Sequence record: ON287376.1
Length of the DNA stretch: 64,000 bases
Reading direction: 5' to 3' (one strand)
Positions 1 to 5,350 of the stretch are shown piece by piece (positions within the stretch are counted from its first letter, which is position 1; every line of letters starts with the position of its first letter). The notes beneath the pieces were generated by a model. The model did not search any database. It was not told the DNA's origin and saw only the letters and a list, made by a program, of their open reading frames with translations. A program made the position numbers and the translations under genes.

Positions 1-26
1 ATTTAGTAATAACTGTAACTAATGGA

Positions 27-542
27 ATGAACAGTTTAACAGATACATTACGAGTAGAGCTGGATAACTTTCCAGTAGCTCGTATCAAGGGATGGGTAAA
101 GATCATCAGTGAACGATATGGATTAGCTACTCTACCTACGCTGTACTACATGGACTGGGGGAAGGTGGTTGATGACATTAACGAACACCCTCATACCGTT
201 CTCAATGTAGGAGGAGACAGCAGTATTACCTGGGAAGCGGGTAATACATGGCCAAAGGGTGTAAACTCTGATGGTACGTTATCGGCTGGACGTACCATTA
301 AGTTCCATCCAACCACATGGTCAGAAATCATGTTTGCTACTCAGGATAACTTTTTAGAAGTAGAAGGTTTCATTCTGGTAGATAAAACGGGTGCTGTATA
401 TGAGTACGGTATCTTAAATGAACGTAATTTCATTAACCTGGGTGGATTTGATTTCCTCTCTAGCGATTACAAAGCGTTTGCCTACCATCGTAGAGAAGGC
501 GTAGTCACCCTGATCGAACGCCATAGTCCACCAACCGCTTAA
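27..542 (+). CDS. Hypothetical protein (171 aa)
   Basis: ORF track; first of three co-oriented, closely spaced ORFs; no recognisable motif. Confidence 0.75.
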   Translation: MNSLTDTLRVELDNFPVARIKGWVKIISERYGLATLPTLYYMDWGKVVDDINEHPHTVLNVGGDSSITWEAGNTWPKGVNSDGTLSAGRTIKFHPTTWSEIMFATQDNFLEVEGFILVDKTGAVYEYGILNERNFINLGGFDFLSSDYKAFAYHRREGVVTLIERHSPPTA

Positions 543-559
543 TTAATTAGGAGCACGAC

Positions 560-850
560 ATGATTGAAGTAACTTGTGATTCAGTAGCAGATAACTTATT
601 CTCTGTAACATTGAGTAAGCCATCTGAGGGCAGGCTTAATTCTAGCTACTCTCGTAAAGTTTCTTTCCGTATCGATACGAAAGTATACTCCATTCGCTTA
701 GCGAGCATCTCTGCCGTTCACCAGGCTGCACGCAACGGCGGTGAAGGGGTGATTACTATCATCACCCAATCGGCGAAGTACACGTTCAACTACCGTAAGG
801 GCGGCCAGGAAGCAATCAATGAGTTCTTGGCTGCATGGGAACAGATCTGA
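560..850 (+). CDS. Small protein, possible bacterial PH-like (bPH) domain
   Basis: AGGAG RBS before ATG; pattern SIRLASISAVHQ...GVITIITQSAKYTF plus C-terminal helix resembles bPH domains (by eye). Confidence 0.7.
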   Translation: MIEVTCDSVADNLFSVTLSKPSEGRLNSSYSRKVSFRIDTKVYSIRLASISAVHQAARNGGEGVITIITQSAKYTFNYRKGGQEAINEFLAAWEQI

Positions 851-1104
851 TGGAATACTCCATTATCAACCCTAATGGGAAACTCCCCGTACTACGCATC
901 AAAGTCAGTGGTGTTTTGAGTCATTACTCGATTATGGGAATTACGGGTATCAGCTACGCCAAAATGGCCATGCCGTTAGGTACTGTACAAGTGACGATTG
1001 ACCGGGAAGGAACAAGTAATATCTTCCAGGTTCCGGCAAAAGATGTCCCATTAGTAGATGAGATCGTTACTCTCTGGGTAAATATCATCAACGGTATCAA
1101 GTAA
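850..1104 (+). CDS. Small protein (84 aa), possible bPH-like paralog of the upstream gene
   Basis: ATG overlaps upstream TGA (TGATG coupling); YSIMGITGISY...GTVQVTIDREGTSNIFQV plus helix pattern. Confidence 0.7.
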   Translation: MEYSIINPNGKLPVLRIKVSGVLSHYSIMGITGISYAKMAMPLGTVQVTIDREGTSNIFQVPAKDVPLVDEIVTLWVNIINGIK

Positions 1105-1119
1105 GTAATTTGTCATAAA

Positions 1120-1145
1120 CCCACCTACCCTAACCGGTAGGTGGG
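1120..1145 (+). terminator. Intergenic hairpin/terminator
   Basis: CCCACCTACC-CTAACC-GGTAGGTGGG, 10-bp perfect stem just after stop codon, preceded by CATA. Confidence 0.7.
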
Positions 1146-1227
1146 AGTTGTATTATCCTAAATCTTTTTCTTTTGTCCTTACGTTAAAATGTACGCATGT
1201 TTGACTTAATGTAGACATTAGGGAATT

Positions 1228-2142
1228 ATGAGGGAGTTTCGGAAAATGGCCGGGACAAAGAAATTAATCATTACACCAACCTTCAAACTAAAAAAGTTAT
1301 TGAAGGATATGGTAGGCTCAGAGCCAGGTTTTAATCTAGTCTGGCAAATGGCCGTAGACTACATGGTGAAATGCATCTTGTCTGGTGCCCGTAAAGAAAC
1401 GCTTCCCGAATTCATGCAGGAAGCATACGGCGAATTAGATGCTTCCACGAGTTATTACTTCGCAGATCTGTTGGGATTCAAATTGGTTGAGTCCTCGTAC
1501 AGAAAAGATTCATTTACATTCTCCTTGGCATTATCTGGGGAATCTAAAAACGTCCCTGATCTTTCTAAGGTTACGAAGATCTCTCGTACACCTTACGATA
1601 ACGGATGGATGAATGGCGTAGTTTGGTTCCGACCTGTACACTGCGCATTTTACTACGTTAAAGCAACCCGTAACCCATTAGCTGACTTTGTACAGGAAAG
1701 TGCATATCTGGTCGGCAAACACCACAAGGTGAATATCTACCAAAAGATATTTGATGCGGGTGATGATAAACGTATTAAAGGGATTTACTTTGAAGTAGCC
1801 GATCGGAAGGAATCCGAAGATGTAGGTAGTCAGATGTCTAACTACGTCAGAAACAATAGAGGGATCTACGAAGAGGGAGAAAGACGTGTCGGGGAATTAT
1901 TACCTGACCGTAAAGATCAACCCAATACCCAACACCAGGGGAATGGGAAGAAGCCTGACTTTGGTATCGGGAGAAATCAGGTATGTGTAAAAGGTAAGGA
2001 ATACCGTAATGTAGTTTCGTACCACAAAGAGACTCGTTTACCGATGCCGCAGATCTACCGTCGATTGAATTCCCGTCATCCTGAATGGATTGATTGGTTC
2101 TTCATCGGCTCTCCTAAAGATACTAGAAGGAAGTCAGTGTGA
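1228..2142 (+). CDS. Degenerate (probably inactive) GIY-YIG endonuclease-like protein with C-terminal NUMOD1-like HTH
   Basis: 46-aa gapless match by eye to the GIY-YIG core of 12732..14078, with catalytic positions substituted; C-terminal VCVKGKEYRNVV...IYRRLNSRHPEWIDWF module; true start may be ATG 1246 (AGGGAG RBS). Confidence 0.6.
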   Translation: MREFRKMAGTKKLIITPTFKLKKLLKDMVGSEPGFNLVWQMAVDYMVKCILSGARKETLPEFMQEAYGELDASTSYYFADLLGFKLVESSYRKDSFTFSLALSGESKNVPDLSKVTKISRTPYDNGWMNGVVWFRPVHCAFYYVKATRNPLADFVQESAYLVGKHHKVNIYQKIFDAGDDKRIKGIYFEVADRKESEDVGSQMSNYVRNNRGIYEEGERRVGELLPDRKDQPNTQHQGNGKKPDFGIGRNQVCVKGKEYRNVVSYHKETRLPMPQIYRRLNSRHPEWIDWFFIGSPKDTRRKSV

Positions 2143-2393
2143 AAGTATTGGAAAGTAAAGAAGGACACGGTGTTTTCCTTATCCAAACGTACAAGTGCGT
2201 TTTCGATGCAATCAAGTGGTTCGCAGACCAACTAGGTTCAGAAGACCTAGATGAAAGCATCTTAGAGAAATCACTGACCGGGATCGCTATAGAGACAGGG
2301 GTAAGCTTGTTTCCTGCGATCTTAGAAGTCATGGAGACGGACAAGGTAATGTCCTACCGAGTCATTAATCTCGATGGTCTTAAACTTAGCTAG
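2139..2393 (+). CDS. Hypothetical protein (84 aa)
   Basis: GTG start overlapping the upstream TGA, AGGAAG upstream; followed by hairpin. Confidence 0.65.
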   Translation: MKVLESKEGHGVFLIQTYKCVFDAIKWFADQLGSEDLDESILEKSLTGIAIETGVSLFPAILEVMETDKVMSYRVINLDGLKLS

Positions 2394-2395
2394 TC

Positions 2396-2430
2396 CATAA
2401 GCCGGCTGGGGAAACCTGGCCGGTCTATGT
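2396..2430 (+). terminator. Hairpin cassette flanked by CATA and CTATGT
   Basis: CATAA-GCCGGCTGGG-GAAA-CCTGGCCGGT-CTATGT. Confidence 0.65.
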
Positions 2431-2461
2431 TGTTTATGTACAATTAAGAGGAAACACCACC

Positions 2462-2620
2462 ATGCCTAGTACCAGTAAGAAACAAGAGCAATTCATGGCC
2501 GCCGCTGCCCACGACAAAGAGTTCGCTGAAGAAGCAGCCATTCCCCAGAAGGTTGCTAAAGAATTCCATAACGCCGATAAGCGTAAGAAGAACAAGAAAG
2601 CGATCTTGGCAAAACGTTGA
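2462..2620 (+). CDS. Small protein (52 aa, MPSTSKKQEQFMAAAAHDKEF...), absent from the ORF track
   Basis: AAGAGGA RBS; my translation MPSTSKKQEQFMAAAAHDKEFAEEAAIPQKVAKEFHNADKRKKNKKAILAKR*; resembles a small hypothetical family I recall from many phages. Confidence 0.8.
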   Translation: MPSTSKKQEQFMAAAAHDKEFAEEAAIPQKVAKEFHNADKRKKNKKAILAKR

Positions 2621-2766
2621 TTTAGATCTTTTTTTACGCAACAAGTTTAAGTATGTAGAAGCTGCATCAAGTAATCATTTAGTTCAATTAACTCCAGGGT
2701 CGATTGTCGGTAACTAAGTGAGATTCAGCTACAAGCGGGGATGGATCCCCACTAAGTATTGGAGAG

Positions 2767-2863
2767 CTTTAAGGGTACGATCTCAATCGTCCGGGTTGTG
2801 GAACAACTTCCGCACACTAGTGCGTTGGTTTAGGGTTCGACTCCCTACCGGAATGCCTTAAAG
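2767..2863 (+). ncRNA. tRNA-like cloverleaf embedded in a longer stem
   Basis: T arm TAGGG-TTCGACT-CCCTA (2831-2847); closing TCCGG/CCGGA; arms GTTGT-GGA-ACAAC and CGCAC-ACTA-GTGCG; outer stem CTTTAAGG/CCTTAAAG. Confidence 0.6.
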
Positions 2864-2934
2864 GTAGCGCATGATAAATGCGAGCAACTAACACGAGGCG
2901 ACATTACGCGCCTACTCCAATCAAAACGAATTAC

Positions 2935-3017
2935 GGGGGAGTTCCAGAGTGGTCAAATGGAGCAGACTGTAAATCTGTTGTCTTCGGACTTCGGTGGTTC
3001 GAATCCGCCCTCCCCCA
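2935..3017 (+). tRNA. trnY: tRNA-Tyr(GTA), canonical class II, CCA not encoded
   Basis: GGGGGAG/CTCCCCC acceptor, GCAGA-CTGTAAA-TCTGT anticodon arm, GTC-TTCG-GAC variable arm, GGTGG-TTCGAAT-CCGCC T arm, A73. Confidence 0.95.
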
Positions 3018-3025
3018 AGAATAAT

Positions 3026-3121
3026 GCGACGATTAGCTCAGTTGGATAGAGCGCGGTTATTGCCCCCTGGGCAAACATCGGAAACCGAGGCCCCGTGTTC
3101 AAATCACGGATCTGTCGCCCA
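3026..3121 (+). tRNA. Atypical tRNA: Arg-like D arm, 24-nt anticodon loop, G-1:C73, bulged acceptor, CCA encoded
   Basis: GCGAC-GAT/ATC-T-GTCGC + CCA; D arm GCTC-AGTTGGATA-GAGC; CGGTT/AACCG stem; T arm CCGTG-TTCAAAT-CACGG. Confidence 0.75.
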
Positions 3122-3127
3122 AACAAT

Positions 3128-3206
3128 GAACCGAGTAGCTCAACTGAATAGAGCACCGTCCTGCTAAGACGGAGGTTAGAGGTTTGAATCCTTTCTCTGG
3201 TTCCCA
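3128..3206 (+). tRNA. Atypical tRNA with GCT (Ser) anticodon on a class I body; G-1:C73, bulged acceptor, CCA encoded
   Basis: GAACC-GAG/CTC-T-GGTTC + CCA; CCGTC-CTGCTAA-GACGG anticodon arm; 5-nt variable loop; T arm AGAGG-TTTGAAT-CCTTT. Confidence 0.8.
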
Positions 3207-3212
3207 AACAAC

Positions 3213-3376
3213 GACACTGATCTCAAGAAGATCGGCAGCCTTACCCAACCGTGTCGCGGCGATCGCCAGCAATCGGTATTTAGTGCACGGTACGTAGACA
3301 AGCCTTTGAGCGAAGTTCCGCGTCCCGAGCCGCCGGCAGCCCATAAGCCTCAGTGAAATTCTGAGGGGTGTCACCA
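3213..3376 (+). ncRNA. 164-nt RNA with tRNA-like acceptor/T domain (6+6 bp) ending ACCA
   Basis: GACACT/GGTGTC + ACCA; CCTCAG-TGAAATT-CTGAGG; GATC-TCAAGAA-GATC 5' hairpin; internal ACCGTG/CACGGT helix. Confidence 0.6.
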
Positions 3377-3381
3377 AAGAT

Positions 3382-3445
3382 GTCCTCATTGCAGAGGGAG
3401 GTTGATTGTAGTCAGCCTGTTGTGAAACTAATCTGCAGTGGGGAC
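3382..3445 (+). ncRNA. Structured RNA element (14-bp closing helix with inner hairpin)
   Basis: GTCCTCATTGCAGA/TCTGCAGTGGGGAC, 14 bp including G-U pairs; inner GGTTGAT-TGTA-GTCAGCC. Confidence 0.5.
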
Positions 3446-3466
3446 GCCTTCCCTTTCTAAAGTTTT

Positions 3467-3552
3467 ATCGAGATAGTCTACTTAAACCTAGTGAGGAATT
3501 CGACGGCGGATACGTCCGTAAGACTGCGTAGGTTCGATCCCTACTCTCGATC
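3467..3552 (+). ncRNA. tRNA-like RNA with 23-nt D loop and 4-nt anticodon loop
   Basis: Perfect ATCGAGA/TCTCGAT acceptor; T8 A9; GTC/GAC D stem; GCGGA-TACG-TCCGT; GTAGG-TTCGATC-CCTAC T arm. Confidence 0.7.
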
Positions 3553-3568
3553 CGATTTAAAAGAACAA

Positions 3569-3696
3569 TGACGCCTGCACGTAAAAAGCAAACTGCGCCA
3601 GCTGGGCGCGGTGGGGGCTAAGTGCCAGCAACTGTTGTGGCGAGATCGCGGCAACAGCACCGGAAAGCCAGGTGCGATTCCTGGGGGCGTCACCCA
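3569..3696 (+). ncRNA. 128-nt tRNA-like RNA (8-bp acceptor + 5-bp T stem), ends C-CCA
   Basis: TGACGCCT/GGGCGTCA + CCCA; CCAGG-TGCGATT-CCTGG; internal hairpins ACTGCGCC/GGCGCGGT and CTGTTG...CAACAG. Confidence 0.65.
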
Positions 3697-3698
3697 AT

Positions 3699-3776
3699 TA
3701 GGTACGTAAGTCTCAAGTGGCCGCATTCATCTGCCCGCTGCCTAAAGACTTTGTGGAATGGATTCCGCGTACCTAA
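3699..3776 (+). ncRNA. tRNA-sized structured RNA with acceptor/T-like stack
   Basis: TAGGTAC/GTACCTA 7 bp abutting GTGGA-ATGGAT-TCCGC; AAGTCT/AGACTT inner helix. Confidence 0.45.
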
Positions 3777-3811
3777 AAACCAGTAAGTTAAACTAATAGG
3801 ACGATTCTACG

Positions 3812-4321
3812 ATGACTATCCTTAATCGCGATATGATCATGCAAGAACTCTTAAACTCAATAGATCCTGATGCAGGCCCATGTCTTGGGCTTAGCAGGGA
3901 AAAAGAGTTAGCCGAAATTTATACGCTAGGATTCAAGGCACCTCGCCAAACGGGGTCTACGTATTGGCTTATCGAAAAACTCATTGAGGATCGTAACTCA
4001 ATTGTAATTTTGATTAATAGCGACTTTAAAGAACACTTCCTAGCGGATGTTGAGAAATACCCTAAAATCATTTTCGACAAGTGTCTTAAATATGGACCAT
4101 CTGTTGAACGGGGTATTCTTAATGGCGACAAAGACAATATAATCGATCGTTGCTTCACTGCCAGGGAATTCTTAAACGCTGACCTAGAACGTCACCGCTA
4201 CGCCACATCGGTCTTCTTTGATGGCGCGTCGACGATTGCTAGTAAGATTAATCTTAATGCGTATTACCGAAAGTTGGCCAAAGAAGTAAAAGGTTATCCG
4301 GTTACTTGGCTGATTAACTAA
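3812..4321 (+). CDS. Degenerate P-loop (terminase-ATPase-like) domain protein
   Basis: AGGA RBS; APRQTGST resembles PRQxGKT Walker A with K>S; SVFFDGA resembles a Walker B lacking Glu. Confidence 0.6.
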   Translation: MTILNRDMIMQELLNSIDPDAGPCLGLSREKELAEIYTLGFKAPRQTGSTYWLIEKLIEDRNSIVILINSDFKEHFLADVEKYPKIIFDKCLKYGPSVERGILNGDKDNIIDRCFTAREFLNADLERHRYATSVFFDGASTIASKINLNAYYRKLAKEVKGYPVTWLIN

Positions 4322-4413
4322 AGAACACTTGATGTGCTGGTAAAGGTTTAGTCACCTTTTTTAAGATCGTCCGCTAATGATTGATACTAGCGCATCTTTT
4401 TTATTGAAGAATC

Positions 4414-4638
4414 CCGCCGATCGGGTAGCGTACGTCTGGCGTAGTCATTACTCTAATTGAGTGGGGCTACGAGGGGTTTACCAGTCGATCGGTGGTACCA
4501 AACTCTGAGCAGGTTGCAGCCGGCTGGAGTAAATAGGGGACTGCGAGTCCCCAGGTGCATAAAGGCCCAGAAATGGCGCCCGGCACAAGACGCAGCGCGT
4601 CGGTATCGAGAGGGGCTTCGGCCCCTCTCTTTATTTTC
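4414..4638 (+). ncRNA. Candidate orphan structured RNA ending in an intrinsic terminator
   Basis: CCGCCGATCG/CGATCGGTGG 10-bp helix enclosing the GTAGTC/GGCTAC hairpin; GGGGACT-GCG-AGTCCCC; GACGC-AGC-GCGTC; no RBS-supported ORF. Confidence 0.5.
4608..4637 (+). terminator. Rho-independent terminator
   Basis: GAGAGGGGC-TTCG-GCCCCTCTC followed by TTTATTTT. Confidence 0.85.
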
Positions 4639-4655
4639 TTCAACGGGAAACTGTT

Positions 4656-5132
4656 ATGAAATTCATACTGGCATTGAATCCTAAAGATCCGGCAATTAAA
4701 GGTTACGAATCAGATCTTCTTAAGATGATCCAGATTATGGATAAACGAGAAGCTACTTACTGGAAAGAGTCAGCTAACTTAGATATCCTTAGTCGTGAGA
4801 TGGAGTGTAAAACCTTAGAGGAACGTTGGGTAGACGATACTCAAATACTAATGCTCCTTGTGAGGGGTAATCCTGTAGGTTTCGTTGAGTACACGACCGC
4901 AGTAGTTAACGCTAGTTCTAAGTGGCTTTCTATATGTTATCTGTACGTACAACGAGAGTACAGAGGGTTTGGATATGGATCTGCACTAGTTGATCAAGTA
5001 AGGAACTTTGCCAAGATCCAACAAGTAGATCAATTGTCACTTTCAGTCAAGTCAAGAAATAAACGAGCCATTAAGTTTTACAAGAGATACGGTTTCTCGG
5101 AACAGACTAAGTACTTCTGTATGAAACCTTAA
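4656..5132 (+). CDS. GNAT family acetyltransferase
   Basis: LYVQREYRGFGYGSAL acetyl-CoA motif A; SVKSRNKRAIKFYKRYGF motif B. Confidence 0.9.
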   Translation: MKFILALNPKDPAIKGYESDLLKMIQIMDKREATYWKESANLDILSREMECKTLEERWVDDTQILMLLVRGNPVGFVEYTTAVVNASSKWLSICYLYVQREYRGFGYGSALVDQVRNFAKIQQVDQLSLSVKSRNKRAIKFYKRYGFSEQTKYFCMKP

Positions 5133-5146
5133 TTAGGAGAGTAACG

Positions 5147-5347
5147 ATGATTATCTTCCCTGGGATTACTGCGGTAGAGAAAAGTCAACTGAGCGTCGGT
5201 ACGCTCATTAATTATACCGGGCTAGGACTCAAGTTTAAATGTGATGTCTGCGAAGAGAAGTTAACCGTAAGCTATTACAAAGACAGTAAACCCGAAGATC
5301 GGATTATCTGTTCAAAGTGCAGCGGTTCTTCTTTCAGCACCTACTAA
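5147..5347 (+). CDS. Small zinc-ribbon protein
   Basis: AGGAG RBS; CDVC...CSKC double CxxC. Confidence 0.75.
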   Translation: MIIFPGITAVEKSQLSVGTLINYTGLGLKFKCDVCEEKLTVSYYKDSKPEDRIICSKCSGSSFSTY

Positions 5348-5350
5348 GCA

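Noticed and set aside
2692-2764. Possible additional RNA element (CTCCA/TGGAG plus GGGG-ATGGAT-CCCC)
   Set aside because: Only a 5-bp closing helix that competes with the 2758/2920 pairing; too weak to call separately
2953-4684. Track ORFs 2953..3207, 3099..3389, 3541..3726 (minus) and 4457..4684 (plus)
   Set aside because: Overlap tRNA/structured RNA elements; lack RBSs
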